Assembly: GCA_951406725.2 (NCBI GenBank)
Contig: OX597826.1
Location: 56,234,001 to 56,298,000 of the forward strand
Length of the DNA stretch: 64,000 nt
DNA from: Octopus vulgaris
Taxonomy: Eukaryota
Reading direction: 5' to 3'
The notes below the pieces were generated by a model. It was given only the letters and a program-made list of their open reading frames with translations. It did not search any database and was not told where the DNA came from. Position numbers and translations under genes: made by a program. Positions 14,333 to 27,760 of this stretch are shown here, piece after piece (position 1 is the first letter of the stretch; each line of letters starts with the position of its first letter).

Positions 14333-14957
14333 TATATATATATACGCACACATACATATATACATATACATATATACACATATATATATATATATGTGTA
14401 TAATCACACATTAATATACACACAACACACATATATATCCATGTATAGATATAGATATTTGCACACATAATCATACCTACACCCGTACACGCACGGTCAT
14501 ACATAGATACACTCAGGTAGGTACTCATTAATAACTCGATTTACGAAGTTTTGCCTTGCTATCAGAAACCTTGATTCCAAAAAAGATAGAGAGTTTTTTT
14601 TTTTAATTGTTAAAAGAAAAACATATATGGAATACAGCAGGCCTACTATATACTCACATATATATTTGTTAAAGGTCTCCGAGCAAAATTATCTATATTT
14701 CATATCCAAAATATGAACACTTAATCTACAATGAAATCTTTTGTATATGGAAAACGAAAGAAAAAAAAAACGAGAAGAATACAACATTCCTTGAAAGTCT
14801 CCTAAACAATAATTACTTTCCAGCTATACGAAATGTGTCGCTTCGTAAAATGTTTAATTCAGATTCAGTTATATGCTTCGGGTTATGTGTCATGCTGACC
14901 ATTTCCAGTAAGAACGAAATGGCGCTCTACATGTTATCTCTTTTAAAACTTTTTTTA

Positions 14958-15900
14958 ATCTTTTTACTTGTTTCAGTCATTAGACTACAGCCATTCTGAG
15001 GAGCTTTCTTGAAGGATATTTAGTTGATCGAATCTACCCCAGTACTTAGGTTTATTTAATTTTTTTATAAGATTGATACTTATTCTCTCAGTGTCGCTTG
15101 CCGAACCGCTAGGTACGGGAAGGTAAACACCCCAAAAATGACTCTCAAACAGTAGTGGGAACAAATACAAAGGCACACACACACTCTCACACACACACAC
15201 ATACACATATATATCGCCCTGCCTTTGACCAAACCGGTCGCGCTTGTCTGTGCTCCTCGCTCTGGCTTTTCGAGCCTACTGTCCTTTAGGACGTTTTCCA
15301 TTTCTCCTTTGCGTTACACACATTCGGCTATTTGACAGCCGAATGGCCTTTTTCTGTTGTATATGTATAGTTATTTTTTGTTATATACGTATATTTCTTA
15401 TATTGTTTTAGTTTGTCTTGTTTGTTTTATCCTTGTCTTATACATTCGATAGCTTTTCCCTGTAGCTTGCTGCTCTGACGCTGCCAAAACAGAGTGGTAC
15501 CAATGCTAAAAGCGCGAAACCACTATGATGAGGAATCAACTGCGAATTTTCCATGTAGTATGGTTTTGCCAAATTTCCCGTTCGTTAGGTTATTTATTAA
15601 ATGTTTCTGTTTGTTGTGTTCTTTCTATTTATCCTTGGAATATATATGTGAGTGCGTGTCCGTGTGTGTGTGTGTGCGTGTTTATGTGTGTGTGTGTGTG
15701 TATGTGTGTGTGTGTATGTGTTTCTGTGTGTGTGTGTGTGTGTACACGATGGGCTTCTTTCAGTTTCCGTCTACTAAATTCACTCACAAGGCTTTGATCG
15801 GCCCGTGGATATAGTAGAAGTCACTTCCCCAAGGTGCCAGGTTGTTGGACTGATACTGAAACCAAGTGGTTAGAAAACATACTTCCTACCACATATGCCT
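14958..15900 (-). mobile_element. SINE family A split at its internal microsatellite by a ~430-bp insert (15213-15640)
   Basis: 3' half at 14958-15210 and 5' half at 15747-15900 in the same orientation. Confidence 0.7.
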
Positions 15901-16070
15901 ATGACTACAAATTTTGATATCTTTTATGATGAGTAAGCAAATAAAATCAAATGTGTTCTATTCATCTTCTTCGCTAATAATTCCGCCAAGATTTATCTTG
16001 AAATTATTATCTCCCTTATAGTAAATAACCACCAGGATTTGAATGAAATTTTAAATGTAATTAAATAAAA

Positions 16071-16220
16071 GTGTGGTAAGTAGCTTGCTTACCAACCACA
16101 TGGTTCCGGGTACAGTCCCACTGCGTGGCACCTTGGGCAAGTGTCTTCTACTATAGTCTCGGGCCGACCAAAGCCTTGTGAGTGGATTTGGTAGACGGAA
16201 ACTGAAAGAAGCCCGTCGTA

Positions 16221-16271
<51 letters not shown>

Positions 16272-16453
16272 ACGTGTATGTTTGTGTGTCTGTGTTTGTT
16301 CCTCTAGAATTGCTTGACAACCGATGCTGGTGTGTTTACGTCTCCGTCACTTAGCGGTTCGGCAAAAGAATCCCGGGGTCGAGTTGCTCGACTAAAGGCG
16401 GTGCTCCATCATGGCCGCAGTCAAATGACTGAAACAAGTAAAAGAGTAAAAGA
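16071..16453 (+). mobile_element. SINE family A, near full length
   Basis: gtgtggtaagtagcttgc ... internal (TA)n(TG)n ... gactgaaacaagtaaaagagtaaaagag. Confidence 0.9.
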
Positions 16454-16918
16454 GGTATATATATATATTTCATTTAGCATATTCATTAAGTCATTATCCA
16501 ATAGAGGGTGTTCGGACTGGATTAACAAGATCACACTTAATTACATGTAGAAGTCAAAGGCAGATAATAAAAGTGGGGGAAGGTCATATAGTTCGATGAT
16601 GGAAGAATAGATACTAGGATGGTTATTGAAAATTATAGAGAATTTTAAGAATTAGGTTCTCCTCGGATCTGCATAAATTATCTGTGCGTAGGTGTGTATG
16701 AGTGTATGTGCGTGGATGTCTGTGTGAGCGTATGTGTGTATGTGTGACTGTGTGTGTGTGTGTTTGCCTCCTACGGTCGTCAGGTATACAACTATATCAA
16801 TACGTATATATATTTATATAAATATATATAATATATATGCACAGAGACATATGCATATATATTTATGTGTATATGTACACACATACATATATACACACAC
16901 ACGCATATATGCATATAT

Positions 16919-16968
<50 letters not shown>

Positions 16969-17277
16969 TTATACGTACTTATATGCATGTACGTGTAGTC
17001 TCTCTCTCCCGCTCTCTCCCTCTCCCTCTCTCTCTCTCTCTGTACATATGTATCTTTATATATTTATATATGTATATATATATATATGTATACATATATG
17101 TATATATTTATATATATATTATATATATAATATAGATTATACATCATATATTACATATAAACACAAACACATATATACGTATACATATATATGTGTATGT
17201 ATGCATGCATGTATGAATGTATGTATGTATGCATGTATGTATGTATGTATGCATGTATGTATGTATGTATGTATGTA

Positions 17278-17310
<33 letters not shown>

Positions 17311-17995
17311 ATGTATGTATGTATGTATAGGGTGGGTAGTCGTTGTCGTAATGAAGAGAACATAACAAGGTTTTAAGTTGATAGAATCCATCGCGACTTT
17401 GCTGGAAACTAGTTTTCCCGAAGCTCAACGAATTAAGCTCGCCAGAATCGTTAGTTATTTCAAAGCAACATTACTGCCTCTGTCCACACGAGACTTTGAT
17501 CAAGTGCTGTACCTCACGAGTAAATGCTGTCCAAGAAATATTTTATTTAGTTACCGGTGTGTTCTTGTGAAATTTTCACTCGGCATTACTGTCTTTGAAA
17601 TTCAGACTTTAATCAATCAATGAATACGCAAAGGGAATTGAGTGATTGGCAGGTTTTAAACTTGACATGTCGGATGGAATGTAACTTAGCTAAATCTAAC
17701 TCCTTGCTGAACAGATGTTAGTGATGATGATGACTGCAGAAGGCGACAAGAAGGGGAATGTAGCTGTGAGCTTGTGCACATGTTTGTAATTCGGTATATA
17801 CGTACCGTATGGCTATATAACCGTGGCTGTGTGGTTAAGAAGAAAAGGGGGTTCGTTTTGAAACTCTCTGGTTTCGGTTCAGTCTCAATACGCAGTACCT
17901 TGGGCCCCGGAGCTTTCGCTATAGTTCCGGGGGATGGAGGTGATATTTGGTAGAATTAAAAAATGTTACGTTTCTTGGGAATGAAACGAGAGAAA

Positions 17996-18051
<56 letters not shown>

Positions 18052-18191
18052 TTGAATAGTTTAGGGCAAAAATGTTTGCGAATAGTGGAAGAGATAGTGT
18101 CAAAGGTTGGAGCCTTGTTGGTTTGAAGCGAAAGAATATGTGAGTGTATAGCTCCAGCATGGCTGCAATTCAATGACTGGAACAAATAAAA

Positions 18192-18243
<52 letters not shown>

Positions 18244-18323
18244 TCACATACGCACACATACATATACATATGTGTGTGTGTGTGTGTATAGATAGATAGA
18301 TATAAGTATGTATATATATATGC

Positions 18324-18386
<63 letters not shown>

Positions 18387-18407
18387 TATTATTATTATTA
18401 TTATTAC

Positions 18408-18486
<79 letters not shown>

Positions 18487-18594
18487 GAGTGAGAGAGCAG
18501 TTCATGCCATCAAAGTGACACTGGGGTAAAATATACGAAGCCCAATATACCCGTCTGATAAAGGTTATTATTATTATTATTATTACCATTATTA

Positions 18595-18770
18595 AGGGGG
18601 CAAAATGCTTAGCGGTATTTCGTCTGCCGTAACGTTCTGAGTTCAAATTCCGCCGAGGTCGACTTTGCCTTTCATCCTTTCGGGGTCGATTAAATAAGTA
18701 CCAGTTACGCACTGGGGTCGATATAATCGACTTAATCCGTTTGTCTGTTCTTGTTTGTCCCCTCTGTGTT
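18595..18770 (+). mobile_element. SINE family B, 5'-truncated
   Basis: aaatgcttagcggtatttcg..gagttcaaattccgccgaggtcgactttgcctttcatcc. Confidence 0.88.
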
Positions 18771-19149
18771 TATCTCAGTACCCCACTAATTACATGTATA
18801 AACCTGAACTTGTTCTTTGGATTGAGTAACTGTAGATTTCTCAATAGTTCAGCGTAGGTATTCTCTTTTTGCTGATCTTTAGTTTTATGTTAACATCCGC
18901 TGGGCAACTGATTTCCTAAACTGTACACAGTCTATCTTCTAAATGCCAAATCAGTGTCAGGACTATTATGTTTACATTTTGAGCTTTTCATACATGCATT
19001 CATGTATGTATGTATGTATGTATGTATGTATGTATGTATGTATGTATGTATGTATGTATGTATGTATGTATGCATGTATGTATGCATGTATGTATGTATG
19101 TATGTATTATGTATGCATGTATGTATGTATTATGTATGCATGTATGTAT

Positions 19150-19478
19150 GCGAAGGCTCATGGCTCAGTGGTTAGAGCGTCGAGCTTACGATCGTGAGGT
19201 TGTGAGCTCGAATCCCGGACCGGGCTGCGTGTTGTGTTCTTGAGCAAGACATTTTATTTCACGTTGCTCCGGTTCACTCAGCTGTAGAAATGAGTTGCGA
19301 CGTCACATGTGCCAAGCTGTACCGGCCTTTGCATTTCCCTTGGATAACATCGGTGACATGGAGAGGGGAGGCCGGTCTACATGGGTGACTGCTGGTCTTA
19401 CATAAACAACCTTGCCCGGGGGGGGGGGGTGACTTTCAAGGTGCAATCCCATGATCAGTCATGACCTAGGGGGTCTCA
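19150..19478 (+). mobile_element. SINE with family D head and a distinct 3' tail
   Basis: tggctcagtggttagagc (A box), gagctcgaatccc (B box), ttgagcaagacattttatttcacgttgctcc core. Confidence 0.85.
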
Positions 19479-19484
19479 GCAATG

Positions 19485-19518
<34 letters not shown>

Positions 19519-19592
19519 TGTATGTATGTATGTATGTATGTATGCATGTATGTATGTATGTATGTATGTATGTATGTATGTATGTATATGTA

Positions 19593-20456
19593 CGAGGTGC
19601 ATTCCAAACATTTTGAGACTAGTTTAGCAGTTTTATCAGTCCCAGAGTATTATAATTTTAGAGCATCATTACAATACATCGAATAAGCTGACCTGCCAAC
19701 TTTTGCTATTCCAGATTGAAAGAGAAGGCTGTAACACCTTTTCGAATACAGCTGACTAAACACTGCTCGTCACAGTTGACTAGTTTGCAAAATTCAGTCG
19801 GGACCGGAAAACAATATGGAAGATCACTATGCAATAAAGTTTGTTTTGAACTGAGCAAAAACGCAACGATAACTTATGAAATGCTCCAAACTGCTTATGG
19901 GTTAACTTGTATGAGCTGAGGCTCTGATTTTTGTTGCTGCAAGAGGCCAAGGAAAACAGGTCTACCGGAAAGTTCATGATGATGATCCGATGTTTCAACA
20001 GCAAGGGTATCAGCTCCATCTATGGGGTTCCCGCTGGCCAGACGGTTAATAAAGAATATCTTGTGGTGGTTTTTGAAATAGTTTAGGAAGCGATTTCTTC
20101 ACAAAAGGCCAGAGCAACGGCACCGAGACAACGCAGCAGTCTGCAATTCTATTCCGGTAACGAACCACTTGACAGAAATAGGCATCAAAACTGTCCCTCG
20201 CCCTCCCTACAATCCAGACCTTGCTTCCTGTATTTTGGTTCTTCCTGAAGTTGAAGAAAACGAAGGAGGCTGCGACAAAGGCTTAGGACACCTTCACATT
20301 GGAAGACTTCCATCGAACCTTCACGAAGTGGTTTCAAGCACTACATAAGTGCAACTGGAGCCAAGGGATCCTACTTCGTAGGAGAATAGACTTTTGTACT
20401 TCTTTGAAATGAATATCTCTTCGGAAGAAGTCACAAGACTTCTGGAATGCACCTTG
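19593..20456 (+). mobile_element. Internally deleted mariner transposon
   Basis: TIRs TA-cgaggtgcattcca / tggaatgcaccttg-TA. Remnants KVCFELSKNATITYEMLQTAYG, GQTVNKEY, HRDNA and PPYNPDLA. Confidence 0.88.
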
Positions 20457-20784
20457 TATCTATCTATTGCGTATAGACATATCTACATGCTTATGTATGT
20501 ACATCTTTCTATCTACTTTATCTATTTATGTACGTATATTCTTTTATTCTTTTATTCTTATATTTGCTTTAGTCCTTTGACTGCGACCATGCTGGAGCAC
20601 TGTCTTTTGTCGAAGAAAGCGACCCCGGAACTTATTCTTTGTAAGCCTTGTACTTACTCTATCGGTCACTTTTGCTGAACCGCTAACTTACGAGGACAAA
20701 GACACGCCACCATCGGTTGTCAAGCAACGGTGGTGGGGACAAACACAGACACACAAACGCACATACATATAAATATATATAGAT

Positions 20785-20990
20785 ATAAACTTAATCCAAA
20801 CAAGAAAACACAAAAAATCACAACAACGCGAGGACGTGGAACAAATATAGTATTATTGGACGCACAGGAAAGAAGGAAAGAAGGAGGGTTTAACGTTTCG
20901 AGCGGAGCTCTTCGTCGGAAACATAGGAGAAGGAAAGATCCAGAGAAGGGAAGACAGAGGAAAAAAAATCGCCAACGGTACACATGAGGT

Positions 20991-20995
<5 letters not shown>
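20785..20995 (-). mobile_element. ~210-bp non-coding element with hammerhead motif (Penelope-terminus-like)
   Basis: Homologous over its whole length to 51750-51952, and flanked by TA repeats. Confidence 0.75.
20888..20922 (-). ncRNA. Minimal type I hammerhead ribozyme motif (U4C variant)
   Basis: GUUU CCGACGA A GAGC-UCC-GCUC GAAA C GUU AAAC: stem I 4 bp, stem II 4 bp, palindromic ACGU stem III. Confidence 0.7.
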
Positions 20996-21052
<57 letters not shown>

Positions 21053-21209
21053 AGCCAAGCCGGGATTTTTTCAGTTTCCGTCTACCAAATTCACTCACAA
21101 GGCTTTGGTCGGCCCGACGTTATAGTGGAAGACACTTGCCCAAGGTGCCACGCAATGGTGACTGAACCCGGTTGGTAAACAAGCTACTTACCACACAGCC
21201 ACTCCTGAG

Positions 21210-21291
<82 letters not shown>

Positions 21292-21346
21292 AATGTACGT
21301 ATATGGTGTATGTGTGTGTATATATATATATATGTAAGTGTATGTG

Positions 21347-21396
<50 letters not shown>

Positions 21397-21942
21397 ATGC
21401 TCTTATATTCGCAATATGCTGTAGGAAGATGATGTTACGTTCTTAGAAAATATGCATAAAAATACGCTTGTGAGTCTTGGTCGTCAGTGATTTACTGGAG
21501 AGTCTCATACGAGAAGGCGACCAGATTTTATACACAAGACAAACATTGTAAAATGTCATAAACATCCGAAATATTTATGATTCAGATACATTCAAGCTTA
21601 CGTGTAAAATTTTTACATTAGACTTTCTAGACTCAGACATTAACAATAAAAATATAATTTGAAATGAAAATGCAGAAAGAAGCTATTATAGGTACTACAG
21701 ACATAAAATATTTTGCAAATGCAACGAGGACATTACTTTGTATGCTGTACAGCTTTAGTAGAGAACTCCATAATGCTCCGAGCGATATGTGTGTGTTTGT
21801 ATCCATGTATGTATGTATGTATGTATGTATGTATGTATGTATAAAGCATTTTTAATGTATATAAAAGCGTCGAACAGTACTAGTCGTGATATTTTTTTTC
21901 GTCTCAGAGACTTCTCTTAAGAGACGCAGAGTACTCTAAATA

Positions 21943-22832
21943 TGAGGTCTGATCAATAAGTATCTGGACTGTTGCCATAATAACGAAGTAAACCACGCAA
22001 AGTGAAGACGCTGGACAAAGATTGACCTTGAACTCTGTTGTGCATGCGCATTAACTTTTAAATTTCTAGCGCAATTCCGCTGTTTACGGAATTGCTGGGA
22101 AAGAAGGTGCGTAGCGTGTGATCGTCGTATTGACCATGACAGAGAAAGTTGTCATGGCGATACCTGCTCAGAAGCCTACGCAAAGTTACGGGAAGTGTAT
22201 GGAGAAGAGTGTATGAGCTGCATACAAGTGTACAAGGGATTCAGAGGTTTATAAGATGACCGAAAAATTGTCGATATTGACGAACGTTCTGGGAGAGACG
22301 TAACCAGCAGAACTGATAAAAACATCGCAGATATGCGTGCAGCTGTGAGGAGAAATCGTCGAATAGCCATCCGTGAGTTATCAGAGGATGTGCAGATTAG
22401 TTATGGTTCGGTTCAGTCCATTATCACTGAAGATTTGGGTACAAGACGCGTGTCTGCCAAGTTTTTACGAAAACTGTTTCCAGCTGACCAAAAAGACAGT
22501 CGGGCTTCAGTTGCACAAGATCTCCTTGTTTGTATCGAGAACGATGAAAATATTTTGGAAACTTTGCGTAGATCTCTGAACAGGTATCGCCAAGCTTTTG
22601 GCAAAATTCGATGCAGATTCTAAGCTCAGCTTTCTCTGTCATGGTAAATGCGACGATCACACTCTACACACCTTTCTTCCAAGCACTGCTGTAAACAGGA
22701 GAAGTGAGCTAGAACGTTAAAACTTAGTGCGCATGCACAGCAGAGTCAAGGTCAATCTATGCCAAGCGGCTTCGCTCTGCTTGCTTTAGCCTCGTTACTA
22801 TAACAGCCCGGATACTTATTGGTCAGACCACG
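21943..22832. mobile_element. Mariner-derived foldback element, both arms from the 5' end
   Basis: TA-(t)gaggtctgatcaataagtatc / gatacttattggtcagaccacg-TA. Transposase N-terminus is on both strands: MTEK..DTCSEAYAK..VRRNRRIAIREL (+) and MTEKAELRICIEFCQKLGDTCSEIYAK (-). Confidence 0.9.
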
Positions 22833-23479
22833 TACAAAGTTAATTTAACATGAACCCAGTGGTTCGTAAGTCGCCGGTGTATCAGACTGATTTGGTCGCC
22901 TCATCGACGAAGACGCCCAAAGCATTCTTTTGGAATTTTTTATATGGGTGTGTTTGTTTGTGTGTGTGTGGTGTATGTGTGTGTTTGTGTGTTTGTGTAG
23001 GTGTGTGTGTGTATATGTAAGTATTTATGCATGATTTTTCTTTAAGTTTAATTAAAGTTCTTGAGAGAGTTCAGGCTAACAAATCAACATGACTTTTTGA
23101 ATTAAGAGATTTCCCGCTGTTTGTAGATATGTAGTCGAGTTGGTGTGTTGTTTGAACAATTGATGCATACACCCACGTGTGTGCATCTATTGACATAAGA
23201 ATCTCAGATAGGGAATCTTTAGAATGCCTCACACATCTTCACCATGACACTAATAGATTGGATTTGGAGAATCCACGCCAGTTTCTCTTGCTCTTTTTTC
23301 GGAAAACCGAGTATTTCTAGGTTTTGTGCAAATTTGAAAATGCACGTATGATTATAGGTTCAAGTGAGGACTCGAGTCCAAGATACAACAGCATATGTAA
23401 GTATGTATGTATGTATGTATGTATGTATGTATGTATGTATGTATGTATGTATGTATATTTATATATTTATATATTTATG

Positions 23480-23512
<33 letters not shown>

Positions 23513-23594
23513 ATATAAATATATAAATATAGATATATATATTTATATATATATAAATAAAATTAAGAATATAGATATATAGATATACATATAA

Positions 23595-23690
23595 AAAAGG
23601 CTGGATGGTATATCAGCCGAAACGTTGTGTTAACAACAAACAAGATGAAGACAAATATCCGTCGAATGTAAATAATGTAAATAATGAAAA
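23595..23690 (+). mobile_element. 5'-truncated Penelope-like terminus with half hammerhead
   Basis: GGCUG..CAGCC GAAACGUU directly after a TA tract. CUGANGA is missing. Confidence 0.5.
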
Positions 23691-23739
23691 TTGTGTAATT
23701 AAAGAAAAATTTAAACAAAGAATGAACAAAAAAAAGAAA

Positions 23740-26532
23740 AGCGTGGCATTTTTCATATACCACCGTAGGCTATTTTCCTCTGCTTTCATACAGTCTTGGC
23801 AACTGATCAAAGCTCTCCCGCCCTTTCTTCTGGACAAGTACAGCCTATCGGTGTCACTCTTAGAGTGGAACGCTCCGTGTACTGTCAACATTTTTCTGGT
23901 CTTGTTATCCATTTTCTTCACTTCTCTCTTTTGCCATTTTATAATTCCCACTCCATACCGAAATGATGTTATCGCCCACGTATTAACTGCTTGGATTTTA
24001 TTCCAGTCAGTCAATTTTGAGCACTACACCAACCTCAGTCTTCGGAAATATTCTATCTTCAGTTGCTCTTTCATTTCCTTTTCCACTATCTCGTTGGACC
24101 CTAGTTCACCAAGGTATTTGTTTTCTTCCTTATCAATTTGCTTAATTTGCTTAATTTGCTTAATTTTGTCCCTGCTATGGACTGTGCTTTACCTCTTTTT
24201 AGGTAAATTATCCCGCACGTCTTGAATCCAAATTCCATTCTAATATCAGTACTAAAATAGTGGACCGTGTTCAGCAAGGAACTCACTTGTGTCTCATCTT
24301 TGCCATACAGTTTCAAATCATAAATGAAGTGAAAGTGATTGATTGTTTGGGAATTTTCCTTTAGTTTATATCCCAGGTGCATTTTCCTAACAACCAAGGT
24401 CAGGGGGCAGCATGCAGAGAACAAAAAGCAACAGAGATAGGCTATCACCCTGGAAAATACCTCTTCTGATACCTAGGATGCCCAAGCTTTTTCCTTAAGA
24501 GGTCCGTTCAGTTTTCCATCCTACCATACTTCTCTTCAGGAAACACGTTTCATTCCTCGCAGTTCCACACAGATCTAAACACTCGATGATCCACGGATGT
24601 GGAATCATATCATTGCGATAGTTAATCTAGGCCATTCCCAAATTTATTCTCCTTCGTTTACAATTCTTGCATCACTATTTTGTCTGTCAATAGTTGACCT
24701 TTGGTACCACTGCATCTCATTCTACAGCATTTTTGTTCCATCGGTAACAACGCCTTTTTGTTTCTACTCTAGCCACAAGGCCCGTAATTTTGAGGGAGGG
24801 GACTAGTAGATTAGATCGACCCCAGTACGTAACTGGTGTTTAATTTATTGACCCCGAAAGGATGAAAGGCAAAGTCGACCTCAGCGGAATTTGAACCCAG
24901 AACGTTCCTGCCAGCTCGCCGTCGGTAACATATCTTTCTCATCAAGAAATGTATACAGTCCTTCTGCAATTCCTCCTGACAGTAACTTCCACATTAATGG
25001 GTGGCATGAAATTACTTTGTAACTGTCAGCAGCATTTCCCTTTGATTCATCCTTCAGGTACAACACCGTTCGTCCTTTTGTCAACCAGCCCAGGATTTCT
25101 GCTTCTCCATTGATCAATGCATTAAATTGCTCTGCGATCAATTTATGGCAACTGTTGAACTTTTCCATCCCAAATCCCTGTACACCATCAGGTCCTGCTA
25201 CTTTCCAATTGCTTGTCTTTTTACTCATATTTTTGATATTACCATCTGTGAAGTGGATAGCCTGTTGTTGGAGATAAGAAGCTGTTTGCTTCAGGCTGCA
25301 GAGCTATACAGCTGTTGTATTATGTTGTTCTTGCTTACTCCATATCTGACCCCAGAAAAGTCGAATTTCATCAGCATCAGGGACTAATCTTTCACGTATT
25401 TTATCATCATTACTCTCTTGGTAAAATCTTTTTTGGTTGGTTCTAAACAATTTGCTTTGCTGGCATTGCTTAATCCGTTGTTCAAAGCTAATTAGCTTTG
25501 CTTTTTTTTCATGTATGCACAGCTTCAGTTCTTCAGTTACAACATTGAAGCCTTTTGTATCTACACCATACTTCTTAAATCCTTAAATCCTTAAAAATGT
25601 TTTAGCTCGAAGGCCGTGGCCATGCTGGGGCACCACCGAATTTCCATTCATTCTTACATTCTCCATTTCTTTTCCTGACAAGTATCAACACTACACTGTC
25701 CAAGGGGTTTATATCTTCAGAAATTCTCCTTTTCCACCACGGTTGTTTATTTCCTCTTCTATCCGTCGTTGTTCTATCATCATTAGTTTTCAGTCCCATC
25801 CTTTCCACCAGAATCTTACCAGCAGCCTCAATAAGATTATTTGTGTGTGTGATGTTCTTTGTTTCAATACGTTTCAATACATTATTGACTTTACTCGTCT
25901 CTTGATTTAGTCTCCATTGGTTAGCCTTCTTAAAGTCGCACATAAATTCTGTCCCTTCTGTATTTAATAGATCCACAATTCTTTCTACTATCAATCGATC
26001 TTCATTATTTGAGTAGTCTCTGATCTCAATTCGTTCACAATTCACGGTATTATATTCTTGGGAACAATTGTCCATCTCTTCCACTATAACGTTTTCGTTT
26101 CCCGCATGCCCAGCATCACCCGATGTCCTTCTTTTAATAGCTCCTAGCTCTAATTCGGTTAACCATTCATTCTTTCGTATTGCCCTTGCTTGGTCGCATA
26201 ATCTCTGTTCAGTAATTTCAAACAGTTCCATTGCCTCCCATTCACTGTGCATTCATTTTCCGTACTCTCTGACAGGCACGCCATTCGCATCGACTACGGT
26301 GCTCCGGTAGCAACACTCCATAACCATCATGATTATTTGTGTACTCCTCTTTTTTCTTGTAGCATGGCTAGCAGTTGCTGGATTAAGACTGGGCCCTCTC
26401 TACTGCACACCTCATTTGTGAGTGAAGATGCCAAGCAAAATAGATGACGATAACGGTGTGAACGGGACTGGTGAAGGTGCCGCACTCGGAAGGTGCTCCA
26501 CTGTGCAGCAGAGTGGGCCCAGTCTTAATCCA
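23740..26532 (-). mobile_element. Decayed R4/Dong-type non-LTR retrotransposon
   Basis: RLCDQARAIRKNEWL, QPWWKRRI, NWKVAGPDGVQG, GIFQGDSL, INHFHFIYDLKLY, NKIQAVNTWA and HSKSDTDRLYLSRRKGGR, with many frameshifts. Confidence 0.85.
24770..24922 (-). mobile_element. SINE family B inside the R4/Dong element
   Basis: cacaaggcc..atcgaccccag..ccccgaaaggatgaaaggcaaagtcgacctc..gccagctcgccg. Confidence 0.85.
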
Positions 26533-26635
26533 GTGTATTGGTATGTGTCTGTGTTTGTACCCCAAGACCGCTTGACAACCGGTGTTGGTGTGTTTGCGTC
26601 CCCGTAACATAGCAGTTCGGCAAAAGAAACAGATA

Positions 26636-27052
26636 GGCGCAGGAGTGGCTGTGTGGTAAGTAGCTTGCTAGCCAACCACATGGTTCCGGGTTCAGTCCCA
26701 CTGCGTGGCATCTTGGGTAAGTGTCTTCTGCTATAGCCCCGGGCCGACCAATGCCTTGTGAGTGGATTTGGTAGACGGAAACTGAAAGAAGCCCGTCGTA
26801 TATATGTATGTATATATATGTATGTGTGTGTGTTTGTGTGTCTGTGTTTGTTCCCCTAGCGTTGCTTGACAACCGATGCTGGTGTGTTTACGTCCCCGTC
26901 AGTTAGCGGTTCAGCAAAAAGAGACCGATAGAATAAGTACTGGGCTTACAAAAAGAATAAGTCCTGGGGTCGAGTTGCTCGACTAAAGGCGGTGCTCCAG
27001 CATGGCCGCAGTCAAATGACTGAAACAAGTAAAAGAGTAAAAGAGTAAAAGA
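26636..27052 (+). mobile_element. Full-length SINE family A nested in an older family A 3' half
   Basis: ggcgcaggagtggctgtgtgg to gtaaaagagtaaaagag. The host reads ggcaaaagaaacagata | gaataaatacc across the insert. Confidence 0.92.
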
Positions 27053-27331
27053 GAGATAGAATAAATACCAGTCATTAACAAAACAAAACAAAAAAAGAAA
27101 AGAAATAGCTGGAGTCGATTGGTTCGTAGGCATCGAACTATAAACCACTCCGGCCATCCTACACTCAGTTGTTATCAACTATGTAGGTCAAGAGAAGGCA
27201 CGACTCGCTTCTTTAAGGGGCCATAAATATGTCTTGTAAGGTTATAATGTATTGTCAGAAATATTTCCTTGTCCAACGTGATTATCAAGGTGCTCAGTCA
27301 AATGAGTAGAATTTTAAAATAAATAGATGAA

Positions 27332-27362
<31 letters not shown>

Positions 27363-27529
27363 GGAAATAAAGCTGTCTTGGTCAGATTTTGGCCAATTCA
27401 ATGAATGGACCGTTCGTATATTTATTTATTTGTTTGTTTGTTTAATTTTTTGTTTGTTTGTTGGCGTTTTTTTTTCTTGCTTATTTCATGAAAGTACTTA
27501 CTAGACTGCGAACGTAGTGCTATGAACAT

Positions 27530-27652
27530 GATGCGGATGATGATGATGATGATGATGACGACGATGACGATGACGATGACGACACAACGACGACGATGAC
27601 GATGACGACAGAGAAGTAGAAGAAGAAGAAGAAGAAGAAGAAGAAGAAGAAG

Positions 27653-27683
<31 letters not shown>

Positions 27684-27760
27684 GCAGCAGCAGCAGCAGC
27701 AGTAATGATGACGACGGGGTGGAGGAGGAGGAGGAGGAGGAGGAGGAGAGGGGTAGGAGG
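27530..27760. repeat. Compound trinucleotide array (GAT)(GAC)(GAA)(CAA)(CAG)(GAG)
   Basis: Direct inspection. Confidence 0.9.

Larger units (their letters stand above)
20545..21210 (-). mobile_element. SINE family A hosting a hammerhead-bearing insert in its internal (TA)n
   Basis: 3' half at 20545-20760 and 5' half at 21060-21210. Confidence 0.85.

Noticed and set aside
17378-17623. 81-aa ORF in unique sequence
   Set aside because: No ATG start, no clear splice sites and no recognisable domain.
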